Positions 9,389 to 19,388 of a stretch of 64,000 nt of DNA are shown here, in pieces (positions within the stretch are counted from its first letter, which is position 1; each line of letters opens with the position of its first letter). The DNA comes from Deltaproteobacteria bacterium (GTDB lineage Bacteria; Desulfobacterota; Dissulfuribacteria; Dissulfuribacterales; UBA3076). The position numbers and the translations under genes are program-made. The notes under the pieces are model-generated. The model saw only the letters and a list, made by a program, of their open reading frames with translations. It was not told the DNA's origin and ran no database searches. Location of the stretch: assembly GCA_003194485.1 (NCBI GenBank), contig PQXD01000004.1, positions 90,822 to 154,821 on the forward strand, given 5' to 3'.

Positions 9389-9455
9389 AGATCACCTTCT
9401 TGGCTGTTTACTTATTGACTATCCAGTAACGGTCTATTCGGGCAACATTACCTCA

Positions 9456-10457
9456 TTAATCTAAATTGATTTCTCTGAGAAACTGAGCGGATTCTTCAGG
9501 CGGGGTAGGATTGATATAAAATCCGGTACCCCACTCAAACCCTGCTACCGTGGTTACCTTGGGCATTATTTCTATATGCCAGTGATAGTGTTCCAGAAAA
9601 GGACTGCGTAGCGGAGCCGTATGCAACATATAGTTGTAAGGGACGCCGGGAAGGGCCTTGTCGAGTCGCCGCATTGTCTCCAGAAAGAGTTCTGTCAAGG
9701 AGCGAAATTGATTATCGTCCATGGAAACGTAAGAAGATTGGTGTTTCTTAGGCATCAGCCACATCTCAAAAGGTGAACGGGGTGCAAAGGGGCAGATCGT
9801 AATAAAATCATTATTTTCACATGCTATTCTTATGTCTTGTGATTTTTCCTGACGGATGATGTCACAAAAGATGCAGCGTTCCTTATATTCGTAATAGTGC
9901 AAACTGCTCTGGATTTCTTCCTGTATCCTGTGAGGTACGATAGGAAGAGCAATAAGCTGGGAATGTGAATGTTCCAGAGAAGCACCTGCGGCCCGGCCGA
10001 AATTCTTGAAGACTATTATATAGCGAAAACGGGAATCCTTCGCCAAATCTACTATGCGGTCCCTATAGGCCCAAAAGCTCTGGATAAGCTGCTCATGAGA
10101 CATCATGGGCATGGTCTCGTCGTGCCTGGGGGTATCTATTATGACTTCATGGGCACCAATGCCGTTCATCTTATCGTAAATACCTTCGCCCCGTTTGTCC
10201 AGATCTCCTTCTATAACCAGTGCCGGGAATTTGTTCGGAACTACCCTGAGGGTCCAGCCGGGTCCATTGGGTGAATGGCCCGGGCGTCCATAGGACAGGA
10301 CTTCCGGCGGAGTGGTGTGTTCATTCCCGGGACATAAAGGACAAAACCCGCCCTTGGTTCTGTCTTTTTCTATGACAAAGTCGTAAGGGCGTTTCCCTCT
10401 TTCCTTGGCAATAATAACCCATCGGCCTATGATTGTATCTCTTCGTAGTTCGGGCAT
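9456..10457 (-). CDS. galT: Galactose-1-phosphate uridylyltransferase (HIT superfamily, GalT-type)
   Basis: CPLCPGNE zinc site and the HSHSQLIALP (HxHxQ) active-site motif. Confidence 0.8.
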   Translation of the reverse strand: MPELRRDTIIGRWVIIAKERGKRPYDFVIEKDRTKGGFCPLCPGNEHTTPPEVLSYGRPGHSPNGPGWTLRVVPNKFPALVIEGDLDKRGEGIYDKMNGIGAHEVIIDTPRHDETMPMMSHEQLIQSFWAYRDRIVDLAKDSRFRYIIVFKNFGRAAGASLEHSHSQLIALPIVPHRIQEEIQSSLHYYEYKERCIFCDIIRQEKSQDIRIACENNDFITICPFAPRSPFEMWLMPKKHQSSYVSMDDNQFRSLTELFLETMRRLDKALPGVPYNYMLHTAPLRSPFLEHYHWHIEIMPKVTTVAGFEWGTGFYINPTPPEESAQFLREINLD

Positions 10458-10467
10458 TTAGAATCCC

Positions 10468-12636
10468 TCAAATCAGCCAGAGCCTGCGTTCAAAGTCCTC
10501 ATCAGGTGCATGGAGCACTATATAGCCCTCCCGAGGCCATCTATCCAGTACCAATTCATTTTTTTCTGTTTCAACAAAAAAAGTTAATTTATCTTTGGGG
10601 TTGGATCCCAGGAGTGCAAAAGGTATTGCCACTTCCGCCACCTCATTTACGGCACACTTTACACCTGTTTCGTTGGTATCGAAGGCCCTCCCATTTTTTA
10701 AAAGCCTGAATCTTTTATTAAGGGCACTGGCAGATCGGCTGGGAATCAGTTCGATAGTTATTGTAGCCTTGGATGAGACGATTATCCTGAGGACGAGACC
10801 CGGATCCCATGCATCAAAGCCCTTATCTCTGGGATCTATCCTCAGGTAGAGCCGTTCAAGGTCAAATCCATAGGCAATCTCTGCCAGAGAGCTCTCCCCG
10901 GAGTGCATAGCTCCCCCCTGGCCTCCCAAGGTCAGTGATCCCGCACCCCTCCATTCCCAATAATAGCTCAAATGCCCATCAATTACGGGATGTATAAAAC
11001 AAGTTGGTTCAACAGCAGGTATCACCGGACTTGGAGTCCTTATCGGGCTCAGCAGTTCATCAGGAACTGTCATATTAAGACCCTTATAGACCTTTTTGAG
11101 ATGGGCCCGGAAGAGGTGGTCAAATCCATAGGCATAATCAGTCTCAAATTTGTCTCCATACCACCAGAACCAGTCACTGCCTTCAGCGGCAAAAACGGAT
11201 TCCATGGCCATATTCAAGGCCTCTTCAGTTATGTTTCCCCGTTTTTTGGCATCGTCGATAGCATTTCTCGCACGACCAAGGGTTTCCCATGCACGGTTTT
11301 CTTCCTCACCGCCTATCCAGATGCCGAAATCATGGTTTATCCAAGAGCCTGTATACAGCCCTGACAGGGTACTCGTCGGTGGATTATTTTCCAGATATTG
11401 ACCAATGGTCACGAGTTCAAGCATTGGTTCCGTGATAATTGCATCATATAGGCCTGTCAAGAAGGATTCCCCACCGTCCCGATAATACTCCCAGGGATTT
11501 TCTCCATCCAGAATTATGGCAACAAAAGGGGAACGATCCATTTTCTGAAGGCCGATGCAGATCTCTTTCAGCTTTGAGACAAAATCATTTATTGCATACT
11601 GAGCGGGGTTTTTCTGGTAAACGAAACCTATCAGATCTGAAAGCTTATGGTGCCGAAAGACCATGTCTGTGCGGCTGCCGCTTATTTCCACTTTATAAGG
11701 CTGAAACAGGCTATGAGGTTCGGTTTTTTCAAGTGAATTGTACAGGATGGCTTCGTCTGTTGCCGTCCAGGAAAACCCGGCTTCTTCTATGAGAGGGATA
11801 AGCTCAGGGGCAACGGAACCTTCCGATGGCCAGAGTCCTGCAGGGGTTTTCCCTAAGATCTCTCTGCAATAGCGCCTGCCTTTATCCAGTTGTGCCCTGG
11901 CATCTTCCGGATATGTAAATCGCAGAGGGAGTCTGGTCTCCGGTCTGGGCCTTCTCCCGAGATCCGTATCGATAAGCAGGGGAAGAATGGGATGATAGAA
12001 TGGGCTGGTACTGATCTCTATCTGTCCTTCGATCCATTTTGAACTATAACGGGGAATGAGCCCTTTCATGAGTTCAAGATGGAAGTCAAGGAGATCCATC
12101 TTTTCTTCTTCGCTGAACAACCGTCCTTTCTGAAAAAGAGAACTTATCAAAGGATGATTTCTTGAGGAAAAACCTATCCAGGCGAGATTAAACCAGACCT
12201 GAAGGTCTAAATAGTCCTGAGTCGAAAATTTTTTTCTCACTTGTGAGGTAAAAGATGGACCAAAGTCCCTTCCGCGCAACTCCAGCAGCTGCAGGTATCT
12301 CTTGTTGGGTTCCACCATAGTAGGCCATTGACAGCTGAAAAAATGTGTCAGGATGAACTCCTGATCTGAAGGGGAGAGGTCGGCGGCGGGACGGCGGCTC
12401 AATTCCATGAAATCGTCGGTTTTGCCCTGTAAGTAATACTGGATTTGCAGAAGAAGAGATGGAACAAGATTAAAAGTTACTTTTGCCTCAGGCCTGGAGT
12501 CCAGACATGCTATCATGTCAGAGTATGACTTGACGGCATGGAGCCTGACCCAGGGCATCGCAAAGCAATCCCTTGCCGGGTCAAGATACAGGGGCTGATG
12601 CATGTGCCAAAGGAAAGCAATATTTAATTGCAGCAT
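10468..12636 (-). CDS. Glycoside hydrolase family 57 (alpha-amylase / glucanotransferase-like)
   Basis: FLWHMHQPLY is the GH57 N-terminal signature. I prefer ATG 12636 (MLQLNIAF), which overlaps the dksA stop as TAATG. The ORF track extends to 12681. Confidence 0.8.
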   Translation of the reverse strand: MLQLNIAFLWHMHQPLYLDPARDCFAMPWVRLHAVKSYSDMIACLDSRPEAKVTFNLVPSLLLQIQYYLQGKTDDFMELSRRPAADLSPSDQEFILTHFFSCQWPTMVEPNKRYLQLLELRGRDFGPSFTSQVRKKFSTQDYLDLQVWFNLAWIGFSSRNHPLISSLFQKGRLFSEEEKMDLLDFHLELMKGLIPRYSSKWIEGQIEISTSPFYHPILPLLIDTDLGRRPRPETRLPLRFTYPEDARAQLDKGRRYCREILGKTPAGLWPSEGSVAPELIPLIEEAGFSWTATDEAILYNSLEKTEPHSLFQPYKVEISGSRTDMVFRHHKLSDLIGFVYQKNPAQYAINDFVSKLKEICIGLQKMDRSPFVAIILDGENPWEYYRDGGESFLTGLYDAIITEPMLELVTIGQYLENNPPTSTLSGLYTGSWINHDFGIWIGGEEENRAWETLGRARNAIDDAKKRGNITEEALNMAMESVFAAEGSDWFWWYGDKFETDYAYGFDHLFRAHLKKVYKGLNMTVPDELLSPIRTPSPVIPAVEPTCFIHPVIDGHLSYYWEWRGAGSLTLGGQGGAMHSGESSLAEIAYGFDLERLYLRIDPRDKGFDAWDPGLVLRIIVSSKATITIELIPSRSASALNKRFRLLKNGRAFDTNETGVKCAVNEVAEVAIPFALLGSNPKDKLTFFVETEKNELVLDRWPREGYIVLHAPDEDFERRLWLI

Positions 12637-12998
12637 TATAGGCCTCTGGCCTTCTCCTCCCTTTCCTGCCTGGACTTGCACTCAATGCAACGCGTTGTGA
12701 CAGGTCTGGCCTTTAGTCGCTCAGCCCTTATCTCTCTGCCACAATCTTCACAAATGCCATAAGTCCCTTCTTCGATCCTGTCCAGGGCGTTATTGATCTT
12801 TTTTATGAGTTTTCTCTCTCTGTCTCTGATACGCAGCTCAAAACTACGATTAGACTCTACGGATGCCCGATCTGTTGGATCAGGAAAGCGGTCATTCATG
12901 TCGGTCATCTCTTCCAGTGTCTTGTCCGCTTCTCCCAAAAGATCATCGAGTTTTTTCTGGAGTAGGCTGCGAAAATATTCCAGTTGGGCCTGTTCCAT
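12636..12998 (-). CDS. dksA: DksA/TraR family C4 zinc-finger RNA polymerase-binding protein
   Basis: 120 aa. A coiled-coil region is followed by CEDCGREI...CIECK. Confidence 0.85.
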   Translation of the reverse strand: MEQAQLEYFRSLLQKKLDDLLGEADKTLEEMTDMNDRFPDPTDRASVESNRSFELRIRDRERKLIKKINNALDRIEEGTYGICEDCGREIRAERLKARPVTTRCIECKSRQEREEKARGL

Positions 12999-13012
12999 TG
13001 CTATTATTCTCC

Positions 13013-13498
13013 TTAGAATTTTCTCTTCCAGGTCCCGCTCTTTCCGCCGGTCTTATATTCCAATCGCACTTTTTCAATAGTTATATTCTTCTCCGCAGAC
13101 TTGCACATATCGTAAATGGTCAGAGCAGCAACCGAAACCGCTGTTAGTGCTTCCATTTCTACGCCGGTAGCGCCTTTTGCCTTTGCCCGCGCCAAAATCT
13201 CTATGGCATTTTTCTCTGAATCGGGAGTAAAGTCGATCTCTACTTGTTGCAAATTCAGAGGATGACAAAGGGGAATCAGGGTCTGCACCTTTTTGGCAGC
13301 CATGATTCCTGCTATCCTGGCCACGGCCAGAACATCGCCTTTAGAAATCTTACTCTCAATAAGAAGATTAAGGGCATCAGGTCCTATTATTATCCGTCCC
13401 GAAGCAACCGCTTCCCTTTGGGTCAAAGGTTTTGGACTTACGTCCACCATATGGGCTTGACCCTTCCTGTTCAGGTGAGAAAGAGAATCCTTTATCAA
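13013..13498 (-). CDS. moaC: Cyclic pyranopterin monophosphate synthase MoaC
   Basis: 161 aa. [25 protein letters not shown] and IPLCHPL motifs. Confidence 0.9.
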   Translation of the reverse strand: MIKDSLSHLNRKGQAHMVDVSPKPLTQREAVASGRIIIGPDALNLLIESKISKGDVLAVARIAGIMAAKKVQTLIPLCHPLNLQQVEIDFTPDSEKNAIEILARAKAKGATGVEMEALTAVSVAALTIYDMCKSAEKNITIEKVRLEYKTGGKSGTWKRKF

Positions 13499-14634
13499 GA
13501 CGTCTTCTCCTGACCGGGGTGTCCATGTACTTCGGATCGCCTAAACAGTTTACGAAAGAAGCCTCCTCCTTTTTTTTCTTTTTCGATATCTGCGAATTCC
13601 CGAAGCAGGGCACATTGACGTTCCGTTAAGCTGGTTGGTGTTACAACAGCAACTTCCACTACCTGATCCCCGGCCCCAAATCCTCTAAGATCAGGAACGC
13701 CAAGTCCTTTCAGCCTGAAGTGTTCTCCTGTCTGGGTCCCTGCTGGAATTTTTAAGTTGCGGGGTCCATCCAGGGTGGATACTTCAATTTCGTCTCCCAG
13801 GGCCGCCTGGACAATAGAAATAGGGAGGCGGAGATATATGTCATTGCCGCGACGTTCGAAAAGGTCGTGGGGTTTTACGTGTATTACTACGTAGAGATCC
13901 CCCCTTGGCCCATTCCTGAGACCGGCTTCACCCTCCCTCCTGAGGCGCAGTCTTGAGCCTGTATCTACACCTGCGGGAATACGCACCTTCACCTTGTGCC
14001 TCTCCCGGACCCTGCCTTTGCCTTGGCAGGTCTTGCAAGGATTTGTGATAATTGTTCCGCTTCCGGAACAGTGAGGACAGGTAGAGGAGATCCTGAAGAA
14101 GCCTTCCGACCTTATTATTTGACCCCTTCCATGGCAAGTGGGACAGGTAGCAGGATGGCTTCCTGGGGCCATGCCCGTTCCATGGCAGATGGAACAGGAC
14201 TCAAGACGAACGATCTCGATTTCAGTCTCCGCACCCCTGGCAGCATCTTCAAAGGAAATATCAAGGTCGTATCTAAGATCTGCTCCTGCCTCCGGCCCCA
14301 TATATGCATCTTGTCTCCGGTGAGCAGCAGAGAAACCAAACAGATCTTCAAACAGGTCGCCAAAGGTGCTGAATATGTCTTGGTGCCCTGAAAAACCCCT
14401 GAAGCCTGTCCCGGCTATTCCTTCGTGGCCGTAAAGGTCATAAGTTTGCCTTTTTTGGGGGTCTCTGAGCACTTCGTAGGCCTCCGCCGCCTCTTTGAAA
14501 CGTTCCTCTGCCTTTTTATCACCCTGATTTTTATCAGGATGGTATTTTAGAGCCAGCTTCCGGTAGGCCTTTTTCAGTTCTTCAGATGAGCAGTCCCTGG
14601 AGACCCCCAAAATCTCGTAGTAGTCTCTTTTCAT
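13495..14634 (-). CDS. dnaJ: Molecular chaperone DnaJ
   Basis: J-domain [11 protein letters not shown]...KYHPDKN, a G/F region and four CxxCxGxG repeats ([32 protein letters not shown]). The stop overlaps the moaC start by 4 nt. Confidence 0.95.
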   Translation of the reverse strand: MKRDYYEILGVSRDCSSEELKKAYRKLALKYHPDKNQGDKKAEERFKEAAEAYEVLRDPQKRQTYDLYGHEGIAGTGFRGFSGHQDIFSTFGDLFEDLFGFSAAHRRQDAYMGPEAGADLRYDLDISFEDAARGAETEIEIVRLESCSICHGTGMAPGSHPATCPTCHGRGQIIRSEGFFRISSTCPHCSGSGTIITNPCKTCQGKGRVRERHKVKVRIPAGVDTGSRLRLRREGEAGLRNGPRGDLYVVIHVKPHDLFERRGNDIYLRLPISIVQAALGDEIEVSTLDGPRNLKIPAGTQTGEHFRLKGLGVPDLRGFGAGDQVVEVAVVTPTSLTERQCALLREFADIEKEKKGGGFFRKLFRRSEVHGHPGQEKTS

Positions 14635-14709
14635 AGCAAGTGCAGCGCCTTAAAGGACTTTGAACCTTCGTTGTAAATATTTACCCTCTGCCTGTCAGGG
14701 ATTGAACGA

Positions 14710-14970
14710 TCAATTTGTCTGGTTGATATCTGTCTGCAAGGCCTGGAAAATTCGTTGTTCCTCTGCCTCCCGGGCCAATTCCTCCAGGTTTTCAAATTTT
14801 ACTTTACCTTGAGCAATTTCCCTCAATGCCAGAACTATTTCCCTGTTTTTGCATTTGACCAGGGGCCGGGCCCCCTTGCGCAATCGCTTCACCCTCTCGA
14901 TCGCAAGATGAACCAATGCAAAACGGCTAGGTACATTTTCCAGGCAATCTTCTACTGTTATTCTCGCCAT
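14710..14970 (-). CDS. rpoZ: DNA-directed RNA polymerase subunit omega
   Basis: [35 protein letters not shown] lies 8 nt upstream of ATG 14970. The ORF track's longer form (15003) is unlikely. Confidence 0.9.
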   Translation of the reverse strand: MARITVEDCLENVPSRFALVHLAIERVKRLRKGARPLVKCKNREIVLALREIAQGKVKFENLEELAREAEEQRIFQALQTDINQTN

Positions 14971-15030
14971 TGTATATTCTCCAGTAAAAAAACAACATAA
15001 CACTAATCACCAGATATTGCTTCACATTTC

Positions 15031-15096
15031 AATTCAACCTAAATTGAGCGATCAGCTGTTAGCCGTCAGAGTTTAGCTTTTGTCAGAATTCAACCT
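15031..15096. repeat. Short TCAG/TTAGC-rich repeat flanked by a 10-bp direct repeat
   Basis: AATTCAACCT occurs at 15031-15040 and 15087-15096, flanking a 46-bp insert. AACCTAAATTGAGCG is the reverse complement of CGCTCAACTTAGGTT at 36671-36685 with 1 mismatch. Confidence 0.6.
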
Positions 15097-15318
15097 CTTG
15101 CCCTTTTGGAATATCCGGACGGCCTATTCCAGAGATGACCCGACGGCTGCCTTGCATTAGAACAAGATATGGCATTTTGCAAGTGCCTTTTAGAAATTTA
15201 TTATTATAATATCAGTTTTAGTTGGCGCAATCCTTATTCGATTACAGAGTGACCATTCACACTCTCTGGCAGATGGGAAGTGGGCGATTATCAACACGGC
15301 TATCATAATAGACCCGGC

Positions 15319-17808
15319 ATGAAGGACCTGCTTGCAGGCATTTTTTCATGTCTCCTCATTTTGGCAACGTCTGTCAACGGGCAGGATTTGGCAGGAATTC
15401 CTGAAAATAACCTGCCACAGGCCAAGATTCAGGTATCTCATGAAGCGGTTTCTCCTTCATGGCAGTTGGTTTGGAACGAAGCCAGGGAAATGGTGAAAAA
15501 AAATGAATTGGATGGTGCTATAGCTCTTTACAGGAAATTGATAAAAGATCGCCAAGGTCTGATAGAGGCCAGATTTGAATTGGCTTTGGTCTTAATGCGG
15601 TCTGATAAAGAAAATCAAGCCATACTGGAGCTTGAACATGTCGTAGAGGCCAGACCTCATGACATCCAGGCATTGTTCATTCTTGCAGAACTTCTGAGCC
15701 GTTCAGGTCAGTGTGATAAAGCCATAACCATTTATAAAAGTCTGGTGACAGAGCTTGATCTCCAGGGAAAAAACCACGGCATTGCAGGGAATGGATTACT
15801 GAATACCACTGAAGAGCTGTCCCTGGCAGAGGTTTTAGAAGGCATTGCCCGTTGTCTGGAATCCCAAGAGAGGTTTAATGAGTCAATAACATATCTGCAA
15901 AAGGCCTTGAGCATTGAACCTGACCGTAAAGGCCTTGAGCTTGATCTGGCCTGCAGGCTTCTGCGTTTAAAAAGAGCAAAGAGTTCCTTATCTCACTTCC
16001 AGAAATTGCTGCCTCAATATAAAGATGATCCCGGCTTTTTAACCAACTATGCAAAGGCCCTTTTAGCTGCAGGAGATCGAGATAAGGCTATTAGGACACT
16101 TGAGAGATTTGTAGCACTCTGCAAAGATAATACCGGGAAAGATTACACGGATAATCTTACATGGGGTGTTAACGAGCTTGTATCCTTATATCTGATGAAC
16201 GGAGAGGTCCGGTCAGCGATCAACGTCCTTGAAAATTTGAAACATGATCATCCAACTATGCTTGATAAGCAAATCCTGGCAACTTTGGGACGCCTGTATT
16301 TTGCCTCACGTAATTATCTCAAGGCCCTTGAGGCATTCAGGGTCTTCCTGAGAGAAAAACCTGACGATAAAATGGGGTTGCTGTTTACGGCCCGCACATA
16401 TGAACGCCTCCAGTTTCTTGCACCAGCCATTTCCATTTATGAAAAACTCTTACTGCATGAGCCCGATCCGGACATTGCTACGCATTTGGGTAAGTTGCTT
16501 TTAGAGACAGAAAGTTTTGACCGAGCAAACTCCCTGATTGCCGGGGATATTTATAATGGAGATGATATCAAGGGAAGAGAATTCCTGTTACGGATCTACC
16601 TGATGAACGGGGACAGAGAAAGTGTTGAAAAGCTTTTAAGCAGTGAAGGCGTTTTCCTCAAGGATAATGATATATCAGCCTTATATGTTTCTCTTGTCAC
16701 ATCGATTGGTTGTACTACGGGTGCTCGGATGAAATCTCATTTGTTAGGCAACGCCCTGTTTGCTCTGGCTGACCAGGTTGAGGAGAGGAGAGATCTCATG
16801 CAGGCCGGCGTGAAGCTGCTTTTGGATATTGGTCAACAGGACTTGGCAGAGAGGGTATTAAGGCGTTGTTGGCTTAAAGGCCGGTCCCTGTGGTCTGTTG
16901 ACATGTTGATCAATAATTACCTTGAGAAGAATATGCGGGAAGAGGCTGTTGCTTTGCTTGAGAGGGCACTATCTGTTTATCCCTCATCAGCAAGGCTTAA
17001 ACTTAGACAGGCCTGTCTGTTGCTTGACATGGGTGAGACTGACAGGGCAAGTAAGCTGCTTTCATCAATTAATACAGGAGATAATTGGAAGTGGATGAAA
17101 GAAAAAAGGCTGTTATATGAAGGCCGTGCCTTTGGCCTGGCAGGAAGATATGAAGAGGCACTCGATATTTACGGGGAAATAATTCAACAGGCACCAAATC
17201 ATCTGGAAGCACATAGAGGCAGATGGACCAATTTTGCAGCCTATGGATTGGCACGGAAGGCCGATGCAGAGGCGCTGGGGTTAAAGATGATTACAGGGAA
17301 TCCATCCTTTTTACATAATAATGGAGAGGGAAATGGAAATAATGAAAAACCGGTTCCAATTCTCGTAAAGAATGGGAGAATGATGCCGGCTCCCGGGGCC
17401 TGCCTGAAGGGATTGATGCAAAGTGAGGAATTGCTGCCACCTGAAGATATCCTTAGTTCTCCATTTTGCGAGATGGAAGGAGAGGCGTGTCCTTTACTGC
17501 TCGCCTTAGCCTACGAACGTTTTGAAAATTTTTCAGAAGCTGTTGCTATGTGGCTCTCTTTTTTAAAGAGACACGATACATACTGGCCCGGCTATGAACG
17601 TCTCGCCAAAATATACGAGGGCAGGGACAAGGCAAAATATGCAGAAAAATTACGATACAGGGCCTGTGACAAGATAAAACATCTACGATTGTATCACAGT
17701 GAATCAAAAACTGCCTCAGAAGAGGTTGGGCCTTCGGATCTGCGGATATGGCGAGAACTTGATGATATGGTTCTGAAATCCTGGGAGGGGGTATTCTGTT
17801 CCGATTAG
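15319..17808 (+). CDS. Large tetratricopeptide-repeat protein with N-terminal signal peptide
   Basis: MKDLLAGIFSCLLILATSVNG is a signal-like start at ATG 15319 (the ORF track starts at 15280). TPR-like A/L/Y-rich 34-aa repeats recur throughout. Confidence 0.75.
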   Translation: MKDLLAGIFSCLLILATSVNGQDLAGIPENNLPQAKIQVSHEAVSPSWQLVWNEAREMVKKNELDGAIALYRKLIKDRQGLIEARFELALVLMRSDKENQAILELEHVVEARPHDIQALFILAELLSRSGQCDKAITIYKSLVTELDLQGKNHGIAGNGLLNTTEELSLAEVLEGIARCLESQERFNESITYLQKALSIEPDRKGLELDLACRLLRLKRAKSSLSHFQKLLPQYKDDPGFLTNYAKALLAAGDRDKAIRTLERFVALCKDNTGKDYTDNLTWGVNELVSLYLMNGEVRSAINVLENLKHDHPTMLDKQILATLGRLYFASRNYLKALEAFRVFLREKPDDKMGLLFTARTYERLQFLAPAISIYEKLLLHEPDPDIATHLGKLLLETESFDRANSLIAGDIYNGDDIKGREFLLRIYLMNGDRESVEKLLSSEGVFLKDNDISALYVSLVTSIGCTTGARMKSHLLGNALFALADQVEERRDLMQAGVKLLLDIGQQDLAERVLRRCWLKGRSLWSVDMLINNYLEKNMREEAVALLERALSVYPSSARLKLRQACLLLDMGETDRASKLLSSINTGDNWKWMKEKRLLYEGRAFGLAGRYEEALDIYGEIIQQAPNHLEAHRGRWTNFAAYGLARKADAEALGLKMITGNPSFLHNNGEGNGNNEKPVPILVKNGRMMPAPGACLKGLMQSEELLPPEDILSSPFCEMEGEACPLLLALAYERFENFSEAVAMWLSFLKRHDTYWPGYERLAKIYEGRDKAKYAEKLRYRACDKIKHLRLYHSESKTASEEVGPSDLRIWRELDDMVLKSWEGVFCSD

Positions 17809-17816
17809 GAAATTTC

Positions 17817-18193
17817 GTAAATATTCTTATGAACCCGTTATATCCCGCCTTGAAGCGGTTACCTTTTTCCGGGTTTCAAAGCTCACCCATTGCAGACCGA
17901 AAAGGCAGTGCAATCCGGCCCGCTACCCAAAACCCCGCAAAAGGCAAACCGCTCCTGCGGCAACCGGTCACACAGGGTGCTCCTTCTGAAAACGATTTGC
18001 GTCAGCCCTGTAGTTTTCTTGGTCTTCGCAGCATGGGAAACCCCCGGCTCCGGAGCGCAGCGGAGGAGAACGGGGGAGGGTCTCCCATGCTGCGAAGGCC
18101 TTAAGAAAACAAGGGGCGAGAGCATGTTGGAAGAAGGAGCACCCTGTGTGACCGGTTGCCGGTGGAGCACGGACGGGTTCACCGGATATTTAC
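17817..18193 (-). mobile_element. O-element copy 3 (reverse orientation) carrying one nested C-module
   Basis: Ends GTAAATATTCTTATGAACCC / GGGTTCACCGGATATTTAC. The O-element body matches the reverse complement of 3150-3344. It starts 9 nt after the TPR-gene stop and ends 79 nt before the 18272 start. Confidence 0.8.
17963..18156 (+). repeat. C-module copy I2 (arm type b)
   Basis: Arms ACCGGTCACACAGGGTGCTCCTTCT / AGAAGGAGCACCCTGTGTGACCGGT. The core contains GTAGTTTTCTTGG...CCTTAAGAAAACAAGGGG. Apex GCGCAGC at 18055-18061. Confidence 0.85.
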
Positions 18194-18271
18194 AAATCTT
18201 TTTTATTATTCCTTGATTTTTCCAAAGGTTATGGATAAAAAGGTAAAGCAAATATCTGGGGAGATGCGTGC

Positions 18272-19285
18272 ATGAATATTTTGGTTACCGGCGGAGCGGG
18301 TTTTATCGGGTCCCATCTATGTGATCACCTTATTTCTGAAGGAGAGTATGTCTCAGTCATAGATGATCTTTCCACCGGTTTTTTTGAAAATATAGCCCAT
18401 CTGCAGGGTAATTCGAGGTTTCAATATGTAAACGACACTATCCTGAATAAGGACAGGATGGATAGTCTTATCAGAAAGTGTGATGTAATAGTTCATCTTG
18501 CTGCTGCTGTAGGCGTTAAATATGTTGTAGAGAATCCGCTTTCCTCTATCGAAACCAACATTCGCGGGACTGAAATCGCACTTAATCTGGCCAATAAATA
18601 CAAGAAAAAAATACTCATAGCGTCAACGTCAGAAGTCTACGGAAAACATATGCATGCCCCTCTTAAAGAGGATGATAACTTGATTTATGGTCCTCCCACC
18701 ACCATGCGCTGGAGCTATGCGGCTTCCAAGCTTATTGATGAGTTTACCGCACTTGCATATCATCGTATCAAAAAGCTCAGGGTGGCTATGTTTCGTTGCT
18801 TCAATACAATAGGCCCAAGGCAGACAGGCCTCTATGGAATGGTGGTACCCAGGTTTATTCAGCAGGCACTGAGGAATGAGCCTATGACAGTTTTTGGTGA
18901 CGGCCGGCAGACCCGCACGTTCACTTATGTTGGAGATGTAGTAGAGGCCATATGCCGACTCATGGAGTGTGAAAAGGCAATCGGTGAAGTAGTAAATATA
19001 GGAGGTACGGAGGAAATCTCTATATCAGAGCTTGCCGAGCGTATAAAGTCCCTTGCCGGGAGCAATTCCGAAATAATTTATATTCCTTACGAACAGGTCT
19101 ATGGCAAAAACTTCGAGGACATGATGCGCAGGGTTCCTTCATCTGAAAAACTCGACAACCTAATAGGTTTTGTTCCACAAATGCCTCTTGATACGATTCT
19201 TGAAAGGACCATAGAATATTTTGGCAGTAGTAAAATTGGGAATTGGGAATTGGGAAAAATACAAAGATGTGAATGCGCTATCTAA
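18272..19285 (+). CDS. NAD-dependent nucleotide-sugar epimerase/dehydratase (SDR family)
   Basis: MNILVTGGAGFIGSHL Rossmann motif and a YAASK catalytic YxxxK. The last ~16 codons (KIGNWELGKIQRCECAI) are encoded by a low-complexity repeat. Confidence 0.85.
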   Translation: MNILVTGGAGFIGSHLCDHLISEGEYVSVIDDLSTGFFENIAHLQGNSRFQYVNDTILNKDRMDSLIRKCDVIVHLAAAVGVKYVVENPLSSIETNIRGTEIALNLANKYKKKILIASTSEVYGKHMHAPLKEDDNLIYGPPTTMRWSYAASKLIDEFTALAYHRIKKLRVAMFRCFNTIGPRQTGLYGMVVPRFIQQALRNEPMTVFGDGRQTRTFTYVGDVVEAICRLMECEKAIGEVVNIGGTEEISISELAERIKSLAGSNSEIIYIPYEQVYGKNFEDMMRRVPSSEKLDNLIGFVPQMPLDTILERTIEYFGSSKIGNWELGKIQRCECAI

Positions 19286-19297
19286 TTTCTAATTTCC
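19236..19297 (+). repeat. Heptamer-repeat hairpin spanning the 3' end of the epimerase CDS
   Basis: (TTGGGAA)x3 at 19236-19256 versus TCTAATTTCTAATTTCC at 19281-19297. This gives a 17-bp stem on the plus-strand RNA, 5 of whose pairs are G-U. Confidence 0.6.
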
Positions 19298-19388
19298 TGT
19301 TTCGACACCGGCATTCAATTCGACAATACACACTTTTCGAAAAAAGTGTAAACTGATGAAGGGTGCCCCAATATTTTAATTATATCAT

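Noticed and set aside
12637-12681. N-terminal extensions offered by the ORF track for GH57 (12681), rpoZ (15003), pal (36432), the TPR protein (15280), the DUF5335-like gene (56491) and the M18 peptidase (21265).
   Set aside because: Internal ATGs with better SD sequences, lipobox or signal peptides, or family-typical N-termini exist in each case. The extensions overlap upstream genes or repeats.
17883-18251. Overlapping 90-120-aa ORFs across the composite repeats (17883-18251, 17890-18216, 32322-32653, 32556-32921, 2664-2935, 49688-50013).
   Set aside because: They lie entirely within nested hairpin modules. Mutually antisense ORFs of similar length are expected from palindromic GC-rich sequence.
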